The notes under the pieces were generated by a model. The model did not search any database, was not told the origin of the DNA, and saw only the letters and a list, made by a program, of their open reading frames with translations. 29,977 nt of DNA, taken from positions 1 to 29,977 of the forward strand of contig CALIBN010000043.1 of assembly GCA_938045545.1 (NCBI GenBank), given 5' to 3'. Below are positions 18,268 to 27,053 of this stretch, piece by piece. A program made the translations under genes and the position numbers. Position 1 is the stretch's first letter. The number at the start of each line of letters is the position of its first letter. This DNA is from an uncultured archaeon. Its GTDB lineage: Archaea > Thermoproteota > EX4484-205 > JAAOZP01.

Positions 18268-18630
18268 TCATCGGGCACGCCCAAAATATTTCTCCGCCGG
18301 GTATTTCTCCTCGTTCTTCCCAAGCTTCCTGAAAACGGCTTCCGACAGATCTATGTCAAGGGCGTTCGCCATGCTTAGACAGTAGATTAATATATCCGCC
18401 AACTCCTCTTCGATGCTCTGCATTTTCACATGATCGTTTCTCCACGATGAGGCCTCCTCCACGGTTGACCACTGGAAGACCTCGAGAAGCTCAGCCGCCT
18501 CGATGCATATTGCTTCAGCGAGATCCTTAGGATTATGATATTTCTCCCAGCCCCTTCTGGAGACGAATGCTTTAACCCGGTTTTTCAACAGTTGAACCGT
18601 TGATTCGGAATCCATCCGCCTGCTTTCCAA
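18268..18630 (-). CDS. MazG-like nucleotide pyrophosphohydrolase (dCTP pyrophosphatase/RS21-C6-like)
   Basis: RGWEKYHNPKDLA, EAAELLEVFQW, EELADILIY and K..KNEEKYP. Start TTG 18630 or ATG 18615. Confidence 0.93.
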   Translation of the reverse strand: MESRRMDSESTVQLLKNRVKAFVSRRGWEKYHNPKDLAEAICIEAAELLEVFQWSTVEEASSWRNDHVKMQSIEEELADILIYCLSMANALDIDLSEAVFRKLGKNEEKYPAEKYFGRAR

Positions 18631-18693
18631 GCCGTAGAATAGCCGGCAGCCCTAAATATAAGTAGTTCGCCCCCTTTTATTCTCTGGAGGCTG

Positions 18694-19398
18694 TTAAATC
18701 TTTGAGAGCAGCCTAGAGTACTTCTCCATCCTCATCATGCTTCCCTCCCTCTGAACCAGCCAGGTCATCCAGCAGAGCTCTATCGGCCTGTATCCACAGC
18801 TTAACGCAACCTGCTCAGCCGTCTTTATGAACCTTAAATCCTCCTCAACGGGCTCGCAGCCAGCCTCAGCCAGAATCCCGTTCACAACCCTCTTGACAAT
18901 CTTATCAGGCATCACCGTGTCAACCCCACCCATCATCCTCAAGTATTGAAACGTGACTAGGCCGACTCCCTTAATCCTACCCACGGGGTCCTCCCTCCAA
19001 TTCTCGAGACTAGCGTTCCCAGCCCACGTCCTAAGCGCTTCTTTATCATGCATGCTTAAAGTAGCCAGGTAGGAGGCTATGCTCCTAGCGATACTCCACG
19101 ACCTCCTGTTCCTCCAGACCTTTTTCAACTCGCTGAGGTTAGCCTTGGAGAGCTGTTTCAGGCTTTTTATTCTCCCTGTTTCTATGAACCTCTTGTTGAA
19201 CTCCTCAACCTTCGGGACGACGGCGGTGAAATAGTTCAGCCCGATGGAGGTAAAGGATGCGTCGACAACCATCAGCACAACGCTCCCGCCCCACCTCTCA
19301 GTCCTGAGACACCTTTCGCAATGCTCTCTGAGGCCTGAAACCCTACCCATGTAACTGTCAACAATCTTCTTCAAGAGGGACAGCTGGCCAGCATCCAT
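18694..19398 (-). CDS. Helix-hairpin-helix (HhH-GPD-like) protein, putative DNA glycosylase
   Basis: IKGVGLVTFQYLRMMGGVDTVMPDKIV: an HhH hairpin followed by a PD Asp. No 4Fe-4S Cys cluster. Confidence 0.7.
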   Translation of the reverse strand: MDAGQLSLLKKIVDSYMGRVSGLREHCERCLRTERWGGSVVLMVVDASFTSIGLNYFTAVVPKVEEFNKRFIETGRIKSLKQLSKANLSELKKVWRNRRSWSIARSIASYLATLSMHDKEALRTWAGNASLENWREDPVGRIKGVGLVTFQYLRMMGGVDTVMPDKIVKRVVNGILAEAGCEPVEEDLRFIKTAEQVALSCGYRPIELCWMTWLVQREGSMMRMEKYSRLLSKI

Positions 19399-20188
19399 GT
19401 TCCCGATTCCCCGCCTGATGATTATGCTGGCCTCTTAGATAAGCATGCTGTTTTACGCTGGCGGAAACATGTTAAAGCCCGATGGCGCTTGTCCCAGGCT
19501 GAAAACACGCGTTTCCACCTAATGCCGGTTAAAACGTTCAGGGTTTAGGATTATTCTGGGGAATTCAGAGGCACCGGCGAGTAGGGAAGCTGAGAAAACA
19601 CTTGTTCTCGTCCTCACGCGTGCGTTCAGCCTGGCTGAAATCTCATTCCCTCCCGATATTCGTGAGCTAGGCTTAGATGAACACTCCGGCTCTTAGCCAC
19701 CTGAGGTGTAAAATTCCTCATCTCATCCCTAACCTTGTTAACAACATTTCACAACAGGACGCGCGCCGTTGGGATTGATTTATATTTAACCTATTCTGAC
19801 TCAGAAGGAATTCAGGAAGAACATATAATTGATTATGTGCGAATCCTCGTTAAGGGCCTCCCCTGAGCTGTTTAAGATATTACGTGCCCAAACCGTATAG
19901 CCGCTCTGTTAAATATTGGTAGTATTCCACAAGTAGGCGACTATTTTTCCGGCGGGCCGCGTTAGACCATCATTAAACCACCGTGGCTGCGGCATACTAA
20001 GACAAGCGGAATAGGAAGTCTTAGAGACAGCCAGCGTCACTCGAAGAAGCACGTGCAATGGCACGCTACACGTCAACCCAGTATTTCTCATAGTTGCTAA
20101 CAGCGGGTTTTCTTCCTTTCGAATGGCCTTGAAGCCTTATTTCTCAATAGTTTCATATGGTTCTCCAAGCCGCCAAGATACTTCTCGT

Positions 20189-20200
20189 TGGCGCGCGCTA
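20189..20200. repeat. Intergenic RY pseudo-palindrome copy
   Basis: TGGCGCGCGCTA, 14 nt after the AAA ATPase stop. Confidence 0.55.
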
Positions 20201-20214
20201 AAACTGTTAAAGAG

Positions 20215-21497
20215 CTAAACAGCCTTGCTCGCTAGCAGCCATTTCCATAAGGGGGTGCACTTGATTATTTCATTGTTCGCCTTCAACTCGTCTTCAAGGT
20301 CCCAGGTGATCATTAACAAGTCTTTGCATTTCAACTGCTCCGCAGCCTTCGTTAAGGCCCTGGTTTCCCTTCTCTCAATCTCATCTCTCCCCGAGGCGTA
20401 AGTTACTTGTATCAGCTGCTTAATCCTCAAACCATCTTTAAGGACGAGGTCAACCTCATTCTGCTGATAGTCTTTCCAGTAGAAAGCCTCAAGCATTGGG
20501 TTGCTCTTCCTCATCCTTTTAGCCTGAAGGAAAACCAGGTTTCCCATTAGCCTGCCTAGGTTTTCAGAAAACCTTGAAAACCTTTTTATGAAAAAGTTAT
20601 CGATTACCGATACCTTTTTTGAAGCCCTGATGCTCTCCTTAACCTTCGGGGAGCAAACTTCTATGAGATTTATGAAGAACGAGGGTTCCAAGTATTGAAA
20701 ATAGTTCGCAACTGTCTCCTTCCCAACTTTATGACCCAGGGATTTCAAGGTTTCAAAGCTTTTTGAAAACGTGGCGTATGGGGAGTTAAGTAGAAGCCGG
20801 ATTAGGTCGACCATCACGCTCCTATTTCTTATACCGTATCTTTCAAAAATATCTCTGGTGAGAAACGTCTTAAAATATTCATCTGTTACTGGAAATTTTC
20901 TGCTCTTTTCACTTAAAACTATTTCCGGAAGCCCGCCATATTCTAAATACTCCCTTGCCAAGTTTAAAATCAGCCCCTCGCTTAAATTCTCGAGCTTCTC
21001 ATTCTTAAAATAGATGAATTCTTTAAAGGATAACGGATACATTTCAATCGGGAGGCTTCTCCCCCTAAGCTCCGTCGACGCTCTTTCAGTGAAAGCTTGG
21101 ACGAGGACCCGGAGATGATTATCTGGTAGTTCCCCGTGTCAAGCATTCTCCTTACCCATCTGCTCCACTCCGGAATCTCGTGAACCTCATCTAGCAGCAG
21201 AAACAGTTTCCGCCTCCCATATTCCTCCTTTATAATTCTTGAAAACTCTGTAAGGACCTCCTTTCTTCTGGGAACCCGTTCATCCTCAAAATCGATATAG
21301 ACCGAGTTTTCCTTCCCGACTTTCTTAGCCACGTTAAGAAGGAGGAAAGTTTTACCGGTTCTTCTAAAGCCTACGATTGGAATCGCCTTAACCACGTTCC
21401 AGTCAACAAGCTTCAGAGGATCATCCTATCTTTCTATGATTAATGGAAAATCCCGCTCCTTCCAGTCCTTGAGCATTTCTCTTAATAATTGTCTCAC
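20215..21497 (-). pseudogene. AAA_14 ATPase + DUF4143 family protein, disrupted
   Basis: Walker A GFRRTGKT, Walker B LLLDEVHE, SGSSS, YGGLPE and EVDLV...LIQVT. In-frame TAG at 21428-21426, 23 codons after GTG 21497. One-base deletion near 21080 (restores ...STELRGRSLPIEMYPLSF). Confidence 0.88.
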
Positions 21498-21508
21498 AAC
21501 CAGAGTAA

Positions 21509-21540
21509 TGCAGTACAAAATTTAAAGTCTTTGTACTACA
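21509..21540. promoter_or_regulatory. Inverted repeat flanking the TATA box of the AAA ATPase gene
   Basis: TG-C-AGTACAAA (21509-21519), a 10-nt spacer containing TTTAAA, then TTTGTACT-A-CA (21530-21540). The TTTAAA is 24-29 nt upstream of GTG 21497. Confidence 0.6.
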
Positions 21541-21558
21541 ATATGCTTTTAAAAGACC

Positions 21559-21583
21559 GGGGGCATGTTTTTAAACATCCCCC
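21559..21583. promoter_or_regulatory. Inverted repeat upstream of acr3 (candidate operator)
   Basis: GGGGG-C-ATGTTT-TT-AAACAT-CCCCC. Confidence 0.45.
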
Positions 21584-21640
21584 ATGCGCGCCAATGACGC
21601 TGGGAAACCATAAATCTTCGTAGAAAGCTTTTAAAGAGAA

Positions 21641-22678
21641 ATGGAGAATGGCGACGATATGTCTGAAAATAAAGCTGCATTAGGAGGGTTTGAGAAATAC
21701 CTCACTCTATGGGTTATAGCCAGCATGTTTGCAGGCTTTCTTCTGGGAAGGTTTTTCCCCGGGCTGGGCCTATGGATCGAGATGCTTCAGATCGGGGACG
21801 TATCAATCCCTATGGGAGTCTGCCTTTTCCTTCTAATGTACCCCACTATGGCCAGCATAGAGTTTAAGGAGATCGTTAAGGCAGCAAAGTCTCCAAGGCC
21901 TACGGTGCTCACGTTGATAGGCAACTGGGCTGTGGCCCCGGCCCTAATGGCCCTGTTGGCCCGCCTTTTTCTAGCGGGCTATCCCGAGTATGCCGCGGGC
22001 GTAATCCTGCTTGGGATAGCGCCGTGCACAGGCATGGTTCTTTTCTGGATCCTGCTCGCCCAGGGCGATGTAGCTAAGGGTGTTGTGATAACCGCGATAA
22101 ACGCCTTATCAACTCTTTTACTGTACACGCCTCTGGCAGCTTTCTACCTTGGGGTGGGAGGAGTACCCGTCCCAATAGCGCCGATAGCTGAAAGCGTAAT
22201 ACTGTTCGTCGGCTTACCCCTGGCGCTAGGCCAAATCTCCAGGAAAATCCTCATGGAGAAGAAGGGAGGGGAATGGTTTAACAACAGGTTTAGACCATTA
22301 ATAGGGAGGCTCGCCGCATTGGCTTTGCTCGCCACGATTATAATTTTATTCTCCATGAAGGGGGAGGCGATCGCCTACCAGCCTCTTTTAGTCGGCCTGA
22401 TCTCCATGCCGCTCTTAACACATTTCTTCATAATGGCTACGCTTTTCTACGCAATACCTTGGCTACTGGGCTTCAACTATAAAGATAGTGTAACAATAGC
22501 CTTCATAAGCTCCGGCACCCAATTCGAGGTTGCCATAGCGACCGCAACCGTTGTGTTCGGAGCCGGCTCAGAAGCAGCCCTCGCCACCGTAGTCGGACCC
22601 TTATGGGAGGTGCCTTCGATGCTGCTGTTCGTAAAGCTTGCTCTAAGAGGGAGACGCTACTTTAGGGAGGTTGACTAG
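21641..22678 (+). CDS. acr3: Acr3-family arsenite efflux transporter
   Basis: FEKYLTLWV, LMYPTM, NWAVAP, GIAPCTGMV (conserved Cys), FEVAIA and VVGPLWEVP. Alternative start at ATG 21659. Confidence 0.93.
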   Translation: MENGDDMSENKAALGGFEKYLTLWVIASMFAGFLLGRFFPGLGLWIEMLQIGDVSIPMGVCLFLLMYPTMASIEFKEIVKAAKSPRPTVLTLIGNWAVAPALMALLARLFLAGYPEYAAGVILLGIAPCTGMVLFWILLAQGDVAKGVVITAINALSTLLLYTPLAAFYLGVGGVPVPIAPIAESVILFVGLPLALGQISRKILMEKKGGEWFNNRFRPLIGRLAALALLATIIILFSMKGEAIAYQPLLVGLISMPLLTHFFIMATLFYAIPWLLGFNYKDSVTIAFISSGTQFEVAIATATVVFGAGSEAALATVVGPLWEVPSMLLFVKLALRGRRYFREVD

Positions 22679-22713
22679 CTGACAGTTGTAGAAAATGTTA
22701 GCCCACCCTATAG

Positions 22714-22739
22714 TTCAATATTTAAGGGCTAATATTGAA
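22714..22739. promoter_or_regulatory. Perfect 9-bp inverted repeat around a TATA-like box
   Basis: TTCAATATT-TAAGGGCT-AATATTGAA. No intact gene start nearby. Confidence 0.45.
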
Positions 22740-23109
22740 AAATATCTGTCGCGCTTTTTCGTGTTTTTCCTCTCCTCTGAGATTTAGCCTGACGATGGTG
22801 AATGGGGATGCATGCCTCAACTTTCAAGGCGGTGGGCAACGCAGAAAACTGCAAGCATCCCGTTAACAAGCGGCTCATAACCAGAGTAATCCGGTAAAAA
22901 CTAAGTTTAGCACTGCAACGTGCTTTTAAAGAACAGATACTGGGGGCAGCTTAAGTATAGCTCATGCTAAAGGTTTCTGAAAACCAGGGACCCCTACTTT
23001 TCACCAGGGTCAGGCGCATGCTTTACTATTCTTTGACCCCTTTAAACAGGCCAGGCTTATTCGGAGCAACCCGTTATAAAAACATTTTAATCTAAGACCG
23101 TTCACGTAC

Positions 23110-24915
23110 GTGATGCTCGGGTTCAGCGAGACCGCTAGGAAGCTTAAGGTGGAGACATCTATTCTCGTGGATGCTTTCAGGAGGAGGGCGAGGCAGATCC
23201 GTGGCTCCAGGGAGCTTACGGCCCTGATTAAGCCGCTCGACAGGGAGACTGCTGTCAGAACGGCATGCGAATACTTTGGAGAAGGAGAGTACTTGGCCGC
23301 TGGGATAGACGGGTCGATGCAGACGGATGAGCTTCTCGAAATGTTCATATTCTACATTAACGCTGCAGCCTACAGTTGCCCCTTCACGGTTTCCAAGGGT
23401 CGCGTGGAGTTCCACCTTGACCGGGCTGAGAGAAACGATAAGCTGTCCGTCTCAGCCGCTGTCCCGCTCTGGATGGAGGACCTGCCTGAGGCTGCCGACT
23501 CATCCGTAGAGACAGACTACCAGGTTGAAGCGGCCTCCAGCAGGATCAGCTTCGCAATAATGACGATGGCTGAGCTGAAGATGGCTTGCGAGGCCGTGGG
23601 CGCGGGGCAGGTTAAAATCCTGCTTCTAGACAGGCCGTTATCCGGCACGTTTCCGCCTCTCGCGAGAGACTACAGGGACCTTTTGAGGATGAAAAAGTTC
23701 TCCTTAGCCGGCATGGCTACTCCGGCTGGAACCCTCTCGCTTCTAGACATGACGCTGGCCTACTACCTTGGCTCAGGCGACAACCCTCTGCCGCCCAGGG
23801 AGAGACTGCTGCCGTATGTCGTCGTAAGAATGCTGCTCGACGGCGAAACCCATTCGGCCACGGAAATAGGCGGGAAGCTGGGTCTCAGCGTAAACGGTTT
23901 CGAGAAGGCTGTGAAAAGGCTGAGGAGAATAAACGCGGATTCAGACGGCTTGCTGCTTGAGAAGGGCGGTGGAAAAGGGGAGGACCGTTTTCAAATCACG
24001 GATTACGCTAGGCGCTACTGGAGGAGGGTTGAGCACGCTTTAGACTGGGTTCTTGAGAAAGTTTTCAAGGGCGTGGAGCACCCGTTGGCGTTCGGCGACG
24101 ACAGGTGGCTGACCGCCAGGGACCTTAACGTTTTCAACACTCTTCTAGTATACAGGCTGAGGAGCCTGGCTCAGGAGAATAAGGCTCTGGTCATCGGGGT
24201 GGCGAAGGACGTTGGCGCCACGGACTTAAGCAGGGTGGTGATGCCTTTCGCAGCCTCAGTGGGCATGCTTGACCCCGGGAGGATCCCCAGGGGGGTTAAG
24301 AGCGACAGGGCGCTGCTCGGATTGTTAAGCACCTCTGAGGAGATTGATTTCCCAACGCCCTGGAGGACGCTTGGATACGACGCTGTCTTCACCACGCTTG
24401 TCTTCAGAGAGGAGGGGGAGCCCAGTCTCGCGGCTGCGAGGAAGAGGGCTGGGCTGGAAGGGTTTTTCGTGAGAAGCTACTTCCAGCTTAGAAGCATGGA
24501 GACGGATTACAGGAGCAAGTCCTCAGTCTTCCTCTACGACAGGTTTCAGAACGAGGTTTTCGACGGCGGGCACAGGATGACGGTTAAGATGAGCGAGATG
24601 AACAGGTCTTGCGACGCAAACGTTTACTTCGAGGGGGAAAGTCGCAACAGGCTTGACGAGCTTATCCTTCTGGTTCTAAGCGTCTCGGACAACCCGCATG
24701 TGGCCGAGGCGTTTGGACACAACCAGCTCCTGTTCCTGGCTGACAAGGCGGTTAAGGCTGAGGCTAAGCAGGCTAGGCCAATGCTCAGGGGAGTCGTGGA
24801 ACTGGAGATAGGGCCGCTGGCGAGGACTGACAGAATGTTCAACATAGCCCGGAGGTTTAGAGATATAAGGGCGGAGTACGAGGGTATGAGGGAGGCTGGG
24901 GGAGGAGAGGAGTGA
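23110..24915 (+). CDS. nurA: NurA-family nuclease (601 aa) with internal winged-helix-like insertion
   Basis: AGIDGS (D67), MTMAELKMA (E155), ILLLDRPLSG (D174), IGVAKD (K366) and C-terminal GHNQLLFLADKAVK. HTH-like segment at about aa 235-302. Adjacent to a HerA-type ATPase. Confidence 0.82.
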   Translation: MMLGFSETARKLKVETSILVDAFRRRARQIRGSRELTALIKPLDRETAVRTACEYFGEGEYLAAGIDGSMQTDELLEMFIFYINAAAYSCPFTVSKGRVEFHLDRAERNDKLSVSAAVPLWMEDLPEAADSSVETDYQVEAASSRISFAIMTMAELKMACEAVGAGQVKILLLDRPLSGTFPPLARDYRDLLRMKKFSLAGMATPAGTLSLLDMTLAYYLGSGDNPLPPRERLLPYVVVRMLLDGETHSATEIGGKLGLSVNGFEKAVKRLRRINADSDGLLLEKGGGKGEDRFQITDYARRYWRRVEHALDWVLEKVFKGVEHPLAFGDDRWLTARDLNVFNTLLVYRLRSLAQENKALVIGVAKDVGATDLSRVVMPFAASVGMLDPGRIPRGVKSDRALLGLLSTSEEIDFPTPWRTLGYDAVFTTLVFREEGEPSLAAARKRAGLEGFFVRSYFQLRSMETDYRSKSSVFLYDRFQNEVFDGGHRMTVKMSEMNRSCDANVYFEGESRNRLDELILLVLSVSDNPHVAEAFGHNQLLFLADKAVKAEAKQARPMLRGVVELEIGPLARTDRMFNIARRFRDIRAEYEGMREAGGGEE

Positions 24916-26702
24916 GGCTGAGGGAGGAGCAGCTTTTCGACGACATTGACGGAAGGTTCCAGGCCAGGGTTAGGACGCATGGAACCTCCTTCCTGAAGAC
25001 ATCCATAAGGGGCACGGAGGTTACGCTTAGAAGCTCGACTGCGACGCTTGAAACAAGGTTCAACATGCTTGTTCTCGACAAGCTTCACTCACCCTCCTTC
25101 GTAGGGATTGAGCGGCCAACCGCGTCAAACCCCAAGACGTTCCTGATTTACGAGGTTATAGGGGTTAGGGCGACGCACCTGCAGGAGCTTGGCGTAAGAG
25201 TATCCATGCCCGGGGTGCTTAGGGAAGAGTTCCTACAGACGATTGAGAAAGACTGGGAGACGGCGAGGGAGAACTGGATAGACGTCGTCGCAGCGCCCAC
25301 AGGCTACCTGGCCAGGGTTGTCAACGGCATTGTGGAGTTTGAGAAGACGACAATAAGCCCGCTCACAGGTAAGCAGGCGCACCTCCTTTCGAAAGAGGCT
25401 GTGGAAGCATTCGTATGCGTCGAAAACGGGGCGGAGGTGGGGAGGCTAATGGGGCTGAACGTGCCTGTGACCGCTAGGATAGACGCCATGATAAGGTATC
25501 ATACTGGAGTGTTCGGCTTCACGGGGACAGGCAAGTCTAACCTGACCTCGACGCTGGTTAGGAAGGCTGTTGAAACAGTTGAAGGCCTGCGCGTAGTCGT
25601 CTTCGACGTCGCGGGAGAGTACGTTGTAAACCTGCTGGACCTTCTGGAAGACGGCTTAGTCTACACGACTGAGAGGGGGGCTGTTGAAAACGTTGAGGAA
25701 TTCGTGAGGTCTCAGACAATTCCTGAGTCGCTCGAGGAGGAATTGGGGGCGGAGAGGATAGAGAAGGCTTTAAGAACGCTTCACGAGGACGGAAGGGTCC
25801 GCCGGCTGGTTTTAACCGAGCCGAGCAGGATGGAAGTATTGGTGGAGGATGTTTTGAACTTCCTAGGCTCGATCGTAAGCTCGGAAAGACCCGGAGCGTT
25901 CGCGGCGAAAATAGCCCTTGGGAGGCTGGTGAGCTTCATTGAGGAGAACGGCATCAGGGATACGGATAGGCTGCTCAACGTGGCTGCTGACCCCAGGAGG
26001 GCCGAGGCTTTTCGAAGCATTCTCAAGGAGTTCGGAGAAGAGTTGCACGGAATGTCGTCTGAGGCGAAGACTGTGAACACGATTCTAAGGGTCTTGGAGA
26101 ACCCTCGAGAGATAACGAGCGTCAGGAGAGAGGCTGCGGTGAACCCTGAGCGGCTGGCTGAGCTCACCCTGGGCGAGGAGGCTCCACGCCTAACCATAGT
26201 CTATGCTCCAGACCTCGTTGAGGCGAGGAAGGCGGTGTCACGATACGTGGACCGCCTGCTCGAGTTGAAGAAGAAGGGCTTCTCCCGCGTCAACGTTTTA
26301 ACCGTGCTCGACGAAGCCCAGGAATTCGTCCCGGACAAGGCGAGAAAAGAGGATGCTACGGAGCAGTCTAACACGGCTGTTGAAACCCTTCTGAGGCAGG
26401 GCAGGAAGTACAGGGCGGGCTGCTGGCTGAGCACGCAGAGAGTCGCCCACCTTAACGTTAACGCTCTGCAGCAGCTACACACGTATTTCACGAGCACGCT
26501 TCCAAGGTCCTACGACAGGATGGTTATAGCTGATGCCTACTCGCTCGACTACGAGGTTGTCAACAGGGTTGCTGAGCTCGACACCGGGGAATGGATGTTC
26601 GTCTCGTACAAGGCGACGAAAAGGAGAAACGTCCCGGTTTTCATAAGCACGCCCAACAACGAGCAGAAAATCGTCGAGCACGTTAAGAAGCTTACGCTAT
26701 AA
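24912..26702 (+). CDS. herA: HerA/FtsK-superfamily ATPase (DUF87)
   Basis: HTGVFGFTGTGKS (Walker A), VVVFDVAGEY, LTVLDEAQEF (Walker B), RQGRKY (Arg finger) and LSTQR. Beta-rich N-terminal HAS-barrel-like region. GTGA start/stop overlap with nurA, preceded by GGAGG. Confidence 0.9.
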   Translation: MRLREEQLFDDIDGRFQARVRTHGTSFLKTSIRGTEVTLRSSTATLETRFNMLVLDKLHSPSFVGIERPTASNPKTFLIYEVIGVRATHLQELGVRVSMPGVLREEFLQTIEKDWETARENWIDVVAAPTGYLARVVNGIVEFEKTTISPLTGKQAHLLSKEAVEAFVCVENGAEVGRLMGLNVPVTARIDAMIRYHTGVFGFTGTGKSNLTSTLVRKAVETVEGLRVVVFDVAGEYVVNLLDLLEDGLVYTTERGAVENVEEFVRSQTIPESLEEELGAERIEKALRTLHEDGRVRRLVLTEPSRMEVLVEDVLNFLGSIVSSERPGAFAAKIALGRLVSFIEENGIRDTDRLLNVAADPRRAEAFRSILKEFGEELHGMSSEAKTVNTILRVLENPREITSVRREAAVNPERLAELTLGEEAPRLTIVYAPDLVEARKAVSRYVDRLLELKKKGFSRVNVLTVLDEAQEFVPDKARKEDATEQSNTAVETLLRQGRKYRAGCWLSTQRVAHLNVNALQQLHTYFTSTLPRSYDRMVIADAYSLDYEVVNRVAELDTGEWMFVSYKATKRRNVPVFISTPNNEQKIVEHVKKLTL

Positions 26703-27053
26703 TCACTTCCCAACTTTGCCGATTCTTTAGGCATTTTTGAACAGCTGGAAAAACACGTGGAGCCGGGGTGCTGCTTGCGGAGGAGAATCACCCTGCCTGA
26801 GGATGCTCATCTGGCGCGTCATTACTTCCTATGGATCTATCGCGTCCCCGCATGTTTAAGGAACTTAAGTCTAAAGGATTTCTAGAGGGTTATGGTGTGC
26901 GTGCTGCGCTAGCCATGTAAGGTTTTTCGTCTTTAATGTCGGAGGTGTAGCACGCCTCTCGGCTATTTTGCTCGGTTAACAGGTTTCAGTAATTTTCCGA
27001 AAAGAAGGCTTAAGTATGTTACTGGCCACTATCAGTAAAGCGGTGTGAAACAC

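Noticed and set aside
19909-20091. 60-aa minus-strand ORF
   Set aside because: No motif. Lies in a region of decayed fragments.
21426-21428. In-frame TAG as possible pyrrolysine/readthrough codon
   Set aside because: The same gene also has a frameshift and a motif substitution, and TAG is a normal stop for many genes here.
22805-22861. GGGATGCATGC...GCAAGCATCCC inverted repeat as a possible ncRNA
   Set aside because: Single stem with no tRNA, C/D-box or riboswitch signature. Insufficient support.
23010-26791. Numerous short antisense ORFs within nurA/herA
   Set aside because: Shadows of long motif-bearing genes on the plus strand.
1200-27020. Frequent AAGCCT/AGGCTT/AAGCTT/CTTAAG hexamers
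   Set aside because: Also abundant in coding regions, so this looks like genome-wide oligonucleotide and codon bias rather than a discrete element.
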